Shown here piece by piece: positions 23,305 to 35,000 of a stretch of DNA of 64,000 nt (the first letter of the stretch is position 1; every line of letters begins with the position of its first letter). The notes beneath the pieces were generated by a model. That model was not told the origin of the DNA. It did no database searches and worked only from the letters and a program-made list of their open reading frames with translations. The stretch spans positions 1,426,001 through 1,490,000 of the forward strand of contig BQFW01000004.1 in the NCBI GenBank assembly GCA_020891255.1, in the 5' to 3' direction. Position numbers and translations under genes: made by a program. Origin of the DNA: Entomortierella parvispora E1425. Taxonomy: Eukaryota > Fungi > Mortierellomycota.

Positions 23305-24969
23305 TCAGAAAAGGGGATCTTCTTCCTCATCGAAATCAAACCCATCCAAAACTTCTATGACATCCACCGGACGAAAACAAAAGTAATCCATTAAAGGCCA
23401 CGCCTTCTTCATCCAGCGGAGACCGTCATGCGTTGATATCTCCATCCAAGCCACACTTGGATGGAACCAGATCCGAGGCGACGCGTCTATTTCCTCTTCT
23501 TCCGCTTGGGTCCGATTGCGTACTGGTTTGGCCTGCTGGGCCAATTGCTCGGGGCTCGGGTTGTCTATGAAATTGAAATACACACCTGCAGAGTTTCGCT
23601 CTCCAAGAATGTTGATCCGAGTCATATTCTTCATTGCAAAAAGCTGATTCATCACACGGGCGTTCACCTCTGGGTCGTCATCACAGGCCAGGTTGGTGGT
23701 CAAGAACTGTAGGTTGGGACAGCACCATGGCTGTGGCGTCCATTGATCTGTTTCCATGTCCTGTGCTCTCTGAGTTGTATCGCCATCTGTTGTTTGATCG
23801 CCATCCGCGTCTATCCTTGGCGCTGGCCCCACGGCCAGAGGTACTGGTGATTTTGTATTTATCCGATCTAGGAAGGGACCTCCGTAAAACTCTTTGGCGG
23901 CCAGTTTGAAGAATACAAAAGACTCTAACCCAGGACAGGAAGTCAAGATCTCCTGGCCCATCCATGGCTCCATTCCGGTTTCAAAGAGCGACAAATTCAC
24001 CTTGGACAGATGTGCAAAGTTATTCTTCAGCGGCAGATACGACAGCGGTCCAAAACTATCACCTACTACTTCAATGTCTACTAGGATTGGACAGGCGTCC
24101 AAGAACCGGACCAAGATGTCGTCGGTTAATGTACCGAGACAGAGATCGACTGAGCGCAATCGAGGGCAAAATTCGGGACGAAAAAGATTCCAGAATGCCT
24201 TTTTTGGAAAAGGGCCTAGAAGACCAAAAGGTCTATGCAGGGTCTGAACCAAATCTTCTAGATGGCTGGCATCCTGATGTCTCCAAGACAAGAAAACAAG
24301 GTTGGGGCATTGTTGAATGAGTTCAATTTGTTGCTCAAGAGTCAAGTCAGTGATGAGATCAAGGTTTAAGGTCGACAGTTGAGAGAACCTGGGCCAAGTG
24401 GGAGGCCCGGGATTGAACGCCGACGTGAGTTGACACTGGGTCAGAGAAAGCGATCTCAACGAGTCGCTGATCGGCTCTAGCAGCTCTCCAAATGGGGTGG
24501 GAAGGTGCAAGTATAATAGAGCGACATTCCTCAGTGATCGACAGGTGTAGAATGCAGTCTTCAGTATAATGTCGAAATGGTCGTCCGTTGTGTTATCGAT
24601 CGTTAAGAGCAAGAGTCGCGGATTACTGCTGAGAAGTCGTTTCAGGTTCCGTTCGTGGTGAAAGGCTGAAGAGTCCAGGACGACGTGCAGACAACGGAGG
24701 CTTTGACACTGAATCATCAGCACATTGACAAGCCAGTGACTCTGTATCATCATCAGATCCCGGATATGGCGACTGTTCCTCTCAAGGGTGCCTGCGGGAG
24801 GAAAGCGGGTCGGTTCTGCAGCATGACCGGAAGCGTTGTCGGCGTCGAAGGCGTAATAAAGGGCCGGAGTGAAGGACTCCCTCCAGGCTTTGCACACTCG
24901 AATACAGTTGGCCAGCTCTGGGGTCTGTAAGCAAAAGGAGACAAGCTCCCTGATTTCAGGCAGGTCCAT
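23305..24969 (-). CDS. Intronless F-box/LRR (RNI-like) protein
   Basis: 554-aa ORF; N-terminal F-box-like MDLPEIRELVSFCL..LANCIRVCKAW; LxxLxL repeats; PWCCPNLQFL motif. Confidence 0.85.
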   Translation of the reverse strand: MDLPEIRELVSFCLQTPELANCIRVCKAWRESFTPALYYAFDADNASGHAAEPTRFPPAGTLERNSRHIRDLMMIQSHWLVNVLMIQCQSLRCLHVVLDSSAFHHERNLKRLLSSNPRLLLLTIDNTTDDHFDIILKTAFYTCRSLRNVALLYLHLPTPFGELLEPISDSLRSLSLTQCQLTSAFNPGPPTWPRFSQLSTLNLDLITDLTLEQQIELIQQCPNLVFLSWRHQDASHLEDLVQTLHRPFGLLGPFPKKAFWNLFRPEFCPRLRSVDLCLGTLTDDILVRFLDACPILVDIEVVGDSFGPLSYLPLKNNFAHLSKVNLSLFETGMEPWMGQEILTSCPGLESFVFFKLAAKEFYGGPFLDRINTKSPVPLAVGPAPRIDADGDQTTDGDTTQRAQDMETDQWTPQPWCCPNLQFLTTNLACDDDPEVNARVMNQLFAMKNMTRINILGERNSAGVYFNFIDNPSPEQLAQQAKPVRNRTQAEEEEIDASPRIWFHPSVAWMEISTHDGLRWMKKAWPLMDYFCFRPVDVIEVLDGFDFDEEEDPLF

Positions 24970-25059
24970 GGTTTTCCTCGAGGCAACGTTGATGGGAATG
25001 GAGGCAGAAATGATGCAGAAAAGAGTCGCCCTGCAGAAATATTCGTCACGTGTTTGCTT

Positions 25060-27907
25060 TTATTTCGATGGTTTCGTGTCAAGATCCAGAGTGGCCAAGA
25101 CGCGGTCCTGCAGCCACTGACGGAACCCTTCCAGAGTGCGCGCTTTGTGGGCGTTGTCAGGCTGGTTATCACCATCGTGTGGATGAACACCATTCGATTG
25201 AGGGTTGGCGAATATACCAGTGTTAACTAGTTGGTAGTCTTCAAAGTAAATCCTGCTAGAAGTCGTCCGTTCACCTTGGTTGCATTTGAGTGTAAGACTG
25301 ATGGCCTCTGCCTTCATGTGTATCTCCAGCAAGCTATAGATCAAGTCATAGGAGATGAGAAGTATGAGTTAGAGACACATAGACAAACACAAGAATTACA
25401 CCAACCACTATAAAGCACCCAAGAGAGCACGAAAGACTTACACATTTGCGGTGCTACCATGCAATGGCACTTTTCCGTTGGACTGTTTTGCAGGGATCAC
25501 AAACACTCCTACACATCGCTTCTCAATATCCATGACGAAATTGGGGCTCTGCATCGTTGGAGCTTTGTCTGACCACTTCTCAACTGAATTGAGAACTTCA
25601 CAGATCCTTTGAATGGCTCTGCTCGCGAGTTCTTCTTCGAGGATCCGTTCAAACTCTGCTACATGGGTGATTGGAGATGGAGGCCTATCCGAGAGCTGGA
25701 GGATCACACAAGGTGAAGGGTGGGATCGGAGCACGAATCGAACTGCAGGTGTCTTGGTGCCCATGCTGATGGTTACCGCAGACCCCATCCCGTGATTGGT
25801 AACTCTTTGAGTTGCAGCTGCAGCGGTCGAAGCTACCGATGAAGCAACAGCCGATACAGCCGAGATGGATGAAGCTTCAAGGACCGAGGATGCACCGCCC
25901 GGAGCGGATTTGACATCTACTGAATGCACCCGAATCGGCTCCCACCAGCTTTGCCGTAAAGTACGAGTAACTCTGCAAATGACGCCATGAATCTTCTTCG
26001 AGAATGAAAAGTACTGTAACGACTGTAAAGTCAGACTCAGCATGGCTGTCGGGCGATGCTGCAATGTCTGTTGAATTTGACCAAATGATCCAGCTACGCG
26101 ACCTCCACCTGGGCGAGAACTTTTGAAGAAACTGTCGGTCCTCTCTTTGATATTGAAGCGATGGCGTCGGTGCTGAATAAGCTGCATGGCGCACCGGAAA
26201 ATATCGGCAGTGCCCTCAAGCCTCCTTGCATCTTTCGATTTATCTATTGATGTCGATGAGTTGTCCAGTTCGGTTGTTGATGTCGTATCTTCCTCAGCAG
26301 GCGTCTTGTATGCGATCTTTAGCTCCAGCTCATCGTTAATCGGTAAAAATATTTCATTGTCCACGATTGACACGCTGTTGGTCATACTCCGCGCCTCGTT
26401 CACAAGCTACGACCATACATCAAAGGCAGAGCATTAGACTTGTCTTTATAAATTAGATGCGACCCATCTTCATCCAGTATCTCTTACCTCCTGGAAAAGC
26501 TCAGCATCAAATAATGTAGTTTGAGCATTTAAAATCTGACTGTGAAGTGTACGAGAATCCTTGAATTTTGAGGATCGAGATTCTATGACGAAAACGACAG
26601 ATGTGCCAATTAATTAGCTGTGTTTCCTGATTACGCTTCGAGCCATCGTACAAAATCTTACCGTGAGTATGTGGCTGCCCTTGTCTTGCAAGACTGATAA
26701 CAATAACCTTGCTGGTCTTGTTAGGGATGTTAAGCTGAATGCCTCTAGCCTTGGTCATTGAGTGATTTCGAATCAGCTCTGCATATGCTCGATCGCCGAA
26801 GAGTGAGCCGACTGTCATGTACAAAGAGCTCGGGTTAGTAAGCAGCATGATGCATGGCATGAAAGAGAATTACTTATTCTTACCATCTCTAAATCCGTAT
26901 TGCACAAAAAGCTGCGAGGCGCTTGCCATCCTGTTCGCATGGTAGCCACCGCCGCCCCCAGACTTTGCCGAGACAATGCACCAATTGTTTTTTCTGAGCT
27001 TCAGTGCCTCTGCCCAGAACTGGTCTTCATTCGCCATGACGCGCTTGAGTTTCTGAGCACCCTGCATCAAAATGTTGGCCGCATTCTTCAGATGATGTTT
27101 CTTGCTGCCGAGTGAAAGTTTGTCGTTTGCATTCTGGACTGCTGTGCTCTGGGTGGCTTTAGGGACGTATTCACATTTCAATGAGCCTGGAGGGAGTACA
27201 GATGGAATACCATTTTGAGGCGCGGAAATAGATAGCCCGCCGGGTCCTGAGCTTCCTGCCCCCCCCAACCCAGAGCCTCCAGTTCCAGTGGCCTGGTAAG
27301 AAGAAATAATAATGTTCAAGACATCCAGTGCAATCCCGATCTCTCCCTGCGCGTGCCTATAAAGTATCGCGTGCGGTGAGTAATCAAGTCACGATCATGA
27401 ACTCGGGAGCGGCTGCCTGCTGCTTACCATAACTTGGCGTAGATCCCTTGAGGTGAGGTTACGCGCGTGTTTGCCACAACATTTACAGTCGTAGCTGCAA
27501 CAGCAACCTCTGAACCCTGACTCTGGTCCTTCGAAGCTCCCTCTTCCTGTGTCGTCGACTCTTGAGATTCAGCATTTTCGTCCAACTGATCCTGAGGCGA
27601 TGGAAGATTCTCTGTAAATTCGTCAAACTTTTCGCCGGCAACGTCGCTGATGATCTTGATCTTGCGCTTTAGTTTCTCGGCGGGATCACCATCACTACAT
27701 CATTATGTCATTATGTCAGGAAAGTATGTAAAAGGAGCATTCATCGAACAACAAGGGTCCAACATGCCCTCCATGTCCAAAACGCATGTTTGTCTTCATT
27801 TACGGCAGGTAGATCTCCTCAGCCTTGTCGGTAATGTCAAAGGGCAGACGCTCGATGCTGCGCTCGAGAAAGAGCTTGATGCGCTTGTCCGAGTGCTGTG
27901 CGGCCAT
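25060..27907 (-). CDS. MED17: Mediator subunit 17 (Srb4)
   Basis: Spliced IKLFLER..DITDKAEEIY, HAQGEIGIALDVLNII, EDQFWAEALKLRKNNW, FVQYGFRDVGSLF, LFQELVNEAR; multiple GT-AG introns. Confidence 0.82.
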
Positions 27908-27931
27908 GAATGGGATGGTGGTGTGTAGGTC

Positions 27932-27970
27932 GAGTGGATGAGTGGATGAGTGGATGAGTGGATGAGTGGA
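27932..27970. repeat. (GAGTGGAT) x about 4.9 tandem repeat just upstream of the MED17 ATG
   Basis: Direct reading of the sequence. Confidence 0.9.
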
Positions 27971-28147
27971 GCACAGAAGGAGCGAGTTGCGCGCTGGGGC
28001 GGGGTGAGCGCGAGGGGCGATAAAAGCCACCATTTTGATGAGACTTTGCCACCAACTGCCACGCTCCTTTTTTTTTCTTTCTTTCTTTTCTTTTTTTCTT
28101 TTTTTCTTTTCTTTTTATCGCTTCTCCCTTCATGCTTTTCGACTCGG

Positions 28148-29635
28148 ATGTCCTTGCCTGCTCACAGAAACCTGTCGCCACATACGGCTTGCATCTATGG
28201 CGCCATTGATGCTGTTTCCGAAGAACTTCGCTCCCTCAGTCTGAAGGTAGGCCAAGATAGCAACCCCGAGGTTACTAGTGACTACCAGTCGACTATCCAT
28301 CTGAGCAAATGCATTTTTACTCATATGTACCTAGATACACGAACATCCAGAGTTAGGGCTGAGTGAAGTCAAGGCCCATGCTTCCCTGACTGAATATCTC
28401 GTCTTGAAGGGCTTCCAGGTGGAGCAGAGCGCATCTGAACTCAAGACTGCCTTTGTCGCCCACGCAGGCAACGCCCAGTCTCAGACAGTTATTGGCATCT
28501 GCTCAGAGGTACAATGGTCAAGTGATCGCGTCATATTTGATCTTGAATGAACAACGTTTTAACTTGTCTGCTACTTCAATCGACCAGTATGACGCCTTGC
28601 CGGGTATTGGGCATGCTTGCGGGCACAATCTCATTGCAGTCGCTGGTGTGGCGACTGCTATTGGGCTAAAAGCTGTAATCGACCAGTTTGGTTTGCCAGC
28701 CAGAGTCAAGTTATTTGGAACTCCATCAGAAGAACATGATGCCGGTAAAGTGACCATGTTTGACAGCGGAGACTTTCAGGGAGTAGATGTGTGCATGATG
28801 TTGCATGGGGCAAACGCCGATGTGCTTTACACCCCGTTTTTGGCCCTCAATACTGTTGTTGTCGAGTTCTTTGGTAAAGCCAGCCATGCCTCCGTCAGTC
28901 CATGGGAAGGAATTAATGCATTAGATGCGGCCGTTATATCCTACGCCAACATTGGCTTGATGAGACAGCAGATGAAGCCAGATCAAAGAGTCCACGGCAT
29001 TATCCAGAATGGTGGACAGGCCGCAAACATCATTCCTGCTTACACAAAGAGCGTCTACACGGTGCGTGCACCAAAGTTTGCACAGATGGAGGAACTGATG
29101 GCTCGCACCCAAAGAATTTTCGAGGCAGCTGCAGAGTCGACAGGATGCACCTCTAAAATTGAATGGGGAGTTCGAATCCATGGCAAGTACATGAAAGGTA
29201 ACCCGAGCATGTTTGGGTTGAGAAGTTGTCCAATCATCTAATCCTTTCAGGTCTAATCGATATCTAATAGATATATTGACTAATGGTCCGCTGGCAGAAC
29301 GGTTCGAACTCGCCATGTCCGATTTGGGACTGAAGTACGCGTCAAAGGAAGAGCAGCGCTCCAAACTCTCTGGGTCGACCGACATGGGCAACCTGACATA
29401 TGAAATGCCCGGTATCCACCCCATGTTTAACATCATGAATCTCGAAGGTGTCGATGATCACAGTGCAGGACTACACTCAGTCGAGTTTGCAGCAGCCGCA
29501 GCACGCCCCGTTGGACATGCTGCAACTCTGAGAGCCGCGAAGGCCCTAGCTTTGACAGGATTGGAATGCATCCTCGACCCTGTGTTCCTGAAGCGCGTGA
29601 AGGACTCTTTTGCAGAACAAGTCAGGGCACCGTGA
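28148..29635 (+). CDS. Peptidase M20 domain-containing protein 2 (amidohydrolase)
   Basis: IHEHPELGLSE, EYDALPGIGHACGHNLI, GTPSEE, MMLHG, GKASHASVSPWEGINALDA, GSTDMGN..PGIHP, LHSVEF; three introns. Confidence 0.92.
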
Positions 29636-31321
29636 CATAATAGCAGGAATAGGGACTAAAACCACAGTGGGTGCATCCCATTGTGACATGGCTGAGGTGC
29701 GTTACAGACGTACATAGTCCGCATTCACTGGAAAACAAAGAAGGGTACCCTTCCTGTGTTGGAATGTGTCTTCATGCAAACAGGCGGTAATAAAGCTGTC
29801 AAAGGATGTGGTTTTTCCCAAAAGAAAAAAAAATCGGTTGCATTAACTCACGGAATGTGCTATCAACAAGGCAACCAACGGTACCGTTCATGTCCCACGT
29901 CATGTGGAGTGCGTTTGTATGGTAGGGGTGTAGGGGTAGGGGGACATGCGTTCTATTGCAAGACTGGGGCTGTTGATATCACTTTTTGTGCAGTTCCTAT
30001 TCACCGACCAGACTACGTGCCGAAAGGAATCGGCCGTGATCGAAGGCGTGTTGCGAGGTAGCTGAAAGCAAGGAGAGGAGAAAGGGGTGGAATCGACGCT
30101 CGGTCCACAAACAACCATGGTTGCATTCGTCCTTTTCCTTGCACCTGTCCCACCACACCAGAACTGAGAACTTGCAAGCCTTGTGAGGTTACCGACTTGG
30201 ACGATTCATAATGAAGGAAATCCAAATCGCAAAGCAAAATGTTGCAGTGGCCCTCTATGATGTCCAGGATCCCGTTTGCTACATCTTGGTGCGACAGACA
30301 GTTGTCTGGATAGCAGCAACAACAATTCATTTCTCTCCAGGGGCAATGCGCTCGATTCCGTTCATTGTTCATTCGCTGGTTTATTCTAGTTCTGCAACCC
30401 TCGGGAGACGAAAGCCCAGAGCACCCTTTTTGTTGTCCCCCCTCCACAAAACAGGTTCCGGGAAGAGCATTCGAGGCAATCAGCCCAGTCACTTGAGGTC
30501 ACTGTCCTTCCCCTCGTTTGTTGGTACAGGCTGCCTCCCAGCCCCCTTTCTCGCCTCCTTGCAAATATGAAGAGATTGCGTGTTGCGAGGTGAACAAACA
30601 AAAGAGGCGATTAGGAAAAGAAGAACCAAAGGCGACGACGACGACATCATTGCCCACACGACGAGGGCATGGTGGCAGCCAGCAGAGCACGAGCGTGCCC
30701 TGTCTTTCTCAGGGGAGGCAAGGCCTTGTGGGCAAGGATCGTCCTCGCCTTTCTCCTCGTGGACTCTTGCTCGCGCTCTTTTCTTTTTTCTCTTTCTCTC
30801 TCGCGCTCCCTCTTCCTTCCTCGCCGCCCGCCCGCCTCCTCCTCCTTCCGGACCCTTTTCATCCTTTCATATCGCCGCCACTCCACCAGCTAGCCTTGTC
30901 AGCCAGCCATTGCTCATCCTTTTCCTCACCCTTGAACCGAAACACACACCGTCCCTTTCACCACCACCAACACCTTTCCCCCTCCACAACTCCACGCCAC
31001 CGTAACCGTAACCGTCCATCCTCTCCACTTTCGCTCTTGTCTGCCGCTGCAGAATGACCACCATGGCCCATTGATGCTTCCTCCTCATCAACCACCCATT
31101 CTCATTCCCATTAGCCATTCACGATCACACCTTCCGACACCGACCCTGGCCCAGCACAGAACAAAAGGTGCGTCCAAGTGGCCCGTGTGTGCGCGTCGCT
31201 CGTTGTTGAATGCCACGCGAGAGCCCTGTGGGATGATTCCATGCCCGTCTCTGACTAACACGAACATGCCGCGTCCCCTTCTTTCGATCTCCTCGCGACA
31301 GAACTAAAGGATCCCTGTCCT

Positions 31322-31415
31322 TCATTGCTTCCTTCCTTCTTTCCCTCCTCCTTCCTTCCCTCCTCCTCTCTCCTTCCTTCCTTCCCTTCCTTCTTTTCTT
31401 CCTCCCTTCCTCCAT
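31322..31415. repeat. Near-pure polypyrimidine (CTTCC-like) tract upstream of the RapGAP gene
   Basis: About 90 bp composed almost entirely of C and T on the + strand. Confidence 0.85.
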
Positions 31416-32045
31416 CTTACTGCTGACCTGCCCAACTGATTGTCAGCTCCGTCGCCCTGCTCTCCTCGCTCTCGTTTCCCCCCGATATCCCCTCGAAAAA
31501 AAAAAGAAATCAACGCAATCAAAGGTAAACATCCTCTCATTCACTCGTGCTCATCACTCGACAGCTCGAAAAAGCTCGAGCCACCGCCCTTCACTCCCTA
31601 TTCCTTCTCCTCCTCTTGAGAGGCGCTAAAATGCCACGCTGGCCTCGACCTAGACATGTCCCAACCTGTAGAACAGCGAGACTTGTTCTGGAACTGCGAC
31701 ATGGATGCAGTCGCCATGCATCTCGGCGCCTCTCACTACCTTTGACGTTATGGCCGCATGAAGACAACAACATCAGCATCAACGCGATAGACTACCAGCC
31801 ATTAACAAATGCCCATCTTACCTCCTTGTCTCCTCCACTCCGCCCTCCTCCTTCCATCCCTTTCTCCCTCACACCACACCTCCTGGTCGTTGTCCGACTC
31901 CGACGATTTCTCTTCATTCCTTTTCCATGTAGTAAGCGATTGGGTTCAGGGAAGTAAAAGGAAGACAACGCGAAACCACGAGTGTAACGTGCCAACTGAG
32001 CCTTTCCCTGGACTTTTGGCCTTCAGCTCCGTTTCGTAAGCCACT

Positions 32046-35000
32046 ATGGCCGCTGCTCCCTCGGGCACCCCGCCCACGACCCGACCCCAATCTGGCCCCC
32101 ACACCATCTTCAAGGACACCATGAATACCTTTTCAGTGACTTCCGAGCCGCCACAACCGGGCCTACCAACATTGTTGGTGTCCAAAACACAATATCCATC
32201 CCTGCTTCTCACCTCAGACTTGCCCGAGACAGTATCTGAAGAACACAGTCAGGCTCCAGCGTCGTTGTCTTCACCTATCTCCTCCACGACCATGACTACA
32301 AACACCACTCCCACCACTGCAATGGCGACGATCGAATGTGATCGCACTCTCACAGCGCTCTGCTCTCCTCTACAGTGCCCACCTTCCTCGCCCTCCCCTT
32401 CATCGGAGCACCTCAAGGCAGCGGCGCCCAACAGCCTTCCATCCTCAACCACTAATTCAGCTAACCCTAGCACCGCTGCCACTGCCACCGCCACCACTAC
32501 AGCGCAACCTGCCAAGAGCGCGGCTCTGACCATCGATTCAACCCCTTCGACATCTTCGTCACCTCTGCAAAAGTCCAGCAACAAGACATTTGCTTTCTTT
32601 GGGTCTCTTAGTCCAAAGTCAAGCCGACAGAAAATCAAAGGACTGACTTCGAGAAAGAACTCGAGAGCGCCTTCACCTTCACCCACCAGGGGGCCACAGC
32701 CAACTGCAGGATCTCCAGCTATCCGAGTGCAAAGCGAAGAGTCCATGTCAAATTCGAGTTCATTTGGGAAGACGTCCATAGACCTTCAGGATCCTCTAGA
32801 TAATAGGAATCAACAAGGCAAGGACAAGAGCCCAAGAAAGAAATTCAAGGAAAAGGATGGACATCATCCCCATTTTGGACAACGCCTCTCCATGGCCATT
32901 GGTCTATCCTCTCTAGGCGTGTCCGGTGGCTCCAAATCTCCTTTGAGAGACAAGGACAAGGATTCGTCGCTGCAGCAAATAGAGCGAGGCAGACAGATGT
33001 CTGTGGACAGTCTTTCGACCATCGACACTGCCCATCGCCGCCCAAGCACCGATGGCTCCATAGATCTGTCAGGATTCATAAAGGAACGGAGGTCGAGTGT
33101 CATCAGCCATTTTTTGATCCGCCCCAGAGTCTCCAATTCCAGTGAAGGACCTTCACCCAAGAGCTCGAGTTGTGAGACCCCGATCAACATCAAGGAAGAT
33201 ACCACCGGCAACAGTCGATCGGAGGCTGCGCTCTCCCACTCCACCAGCTCACCTTACTCAGATGCATCGGCCACGACAAGCAGCGCAAGTGCAGAGAGTG
33301 GACATGGAGCCGACCAGGATGAACACGAGAGTCATTTCAGCGCTCGCAGATTGATCTGGCGACAAAAAAACCATGGACGTGGAAGAGTCTGTACCAGCGG
33401 CGAAAAATCATCGTCAGATATTGGACAGGCCAGCGCTCTGGATGGACCATACTCTTCGCGCCACCCACAAAGCATCGCTGATATCATGGAATCATCTCGG
33501 GAGCTCCACCCGCACCACCCGCACCACCCGCACCACCCAAGCGATATGGAACGTCTAGAGCTCTATCATCAGCTAGGATTACAGGAAGTTCAGCACAGCA
33601 GTCTAACGGGCGAGGATTCGGCCAACGTGGTAATGCAACAGCTCTACGGAGACCCTACCTCAGTCGCTAGAAGTGGAGCGTCATCCTTGGCAATTAGCGG
33701 GAAGCAACACGATATCGACAGGGAGACGGCGATCGAGACTCTGACTACTACGGACAAAGACATGCCATCCCCACCTTCGACGGCAGTCGTTGCTGCATGC
33801 GACCAAAGGCCAAGCTCCAAGCGCCTGGGTCGCTTTGCTCGCTTTCGTTTCCCCTCAATTTCCATCAGCGGAATCCACAAAAGCCACAAACATGTCGGCC
33901 ACACCTTGACCGCTCTGGATGTGAAGAAGGACTCTCTGTTGTCCACTCCCTCTCAAGTGCAGAAATCGACCCCAGCCCCACCAACCCCTGCGAAACACCC
34001 CCCGCCCTATCCTCCTTTGATCCATGCTTCGGGCTCATCATCAACGTTTGCGTCGTCTGTCAACACGGCAGCAACAACCCACCTAGGAGCATCCACTGGG
34101 AGCAGCAGCAACAGCAGTGTTAGCAGCTATAGCGCGGGGAAGAAACAGATCACGAGACAATCGCTCGCAGCTTTCCTGGACGGGCATGCGCACCATCCCC
34201 ATCACAGCTCAACATCTTCAACATTAGCTCCCACTCTCTCTACAGGCTCCATGGGATCGTGTAGCACCGCACCCAGAACTTCGAGCGATAGTCAAGGATC
34301 GAACCATCAACTGCAAAACCTGAAATTCAGCAGCCACCTTCATCATCCGCGCGGCAACAGTGGATCAGGGGCTTATAAAGGACTTTTTGGCTCGGAAAGG
34401 TTCACAAGCAGCACCACTAGCAACGCGACTCATGGAAACCTTCCCGAATTTGGACCCTCATTGCAAGAAGCCCAAGATCATCGCGGCGGATTTCGAACAG
34501 GATTGCTGAGGAGGACATCACGACGAACTGTCAGTGCAAGTCATATTTCGTCAAAAGATGTGTTTGGCACTGGTACCTCATCTACACAAGGATCACACAT
34601 GGGTACTGAATCTTGTCACTGTGGACCTGATGCTCGAGAGCGTACCTGCAACCTCACGGTCGTGCAAGGGCCTTTTCCAAAGTTGTTCGCTCGGGACGAA
34701 TACCTTGGAGCAGAATCAAGAAAAGGGAGCGAGGAGCTTATTTGTCCCAGGGGCGAAAAGTCAGTAGGACGCTATCTTTTTGGCAGCGAACTCAAGCAGA
34801 TGACTTTTGGCGACCAAGATTCTGGATTACAAATGCTGGATACCCATACAAACGGAAACAACGGATCGAAGGATAGCCATTCGGACGTGGAAAAGACCCC
34901 AACGGCGACCGCCGGCGAAACTGTAGTAGTTGATCCAAGTCCAAACCCATCAGCATCGACCTCAGAGGAAACTGCGACCAGTCATTGCGGGTCAACACCA

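Noticed and set aside
25046-25052. TCACGTG (Cbf1/bHLH E-box) upstream of F-box no. 1
   Set aside because: It is a single short motif expected by chance in 64 kb, with no supporting context.
30013-30570. ORFs in the 2.4-kb gap before the RapGAP gene
   Set aside because: No domain-like motifs and no consistent exon chain. The region looks like promoter and pyrimidine-rich leader.
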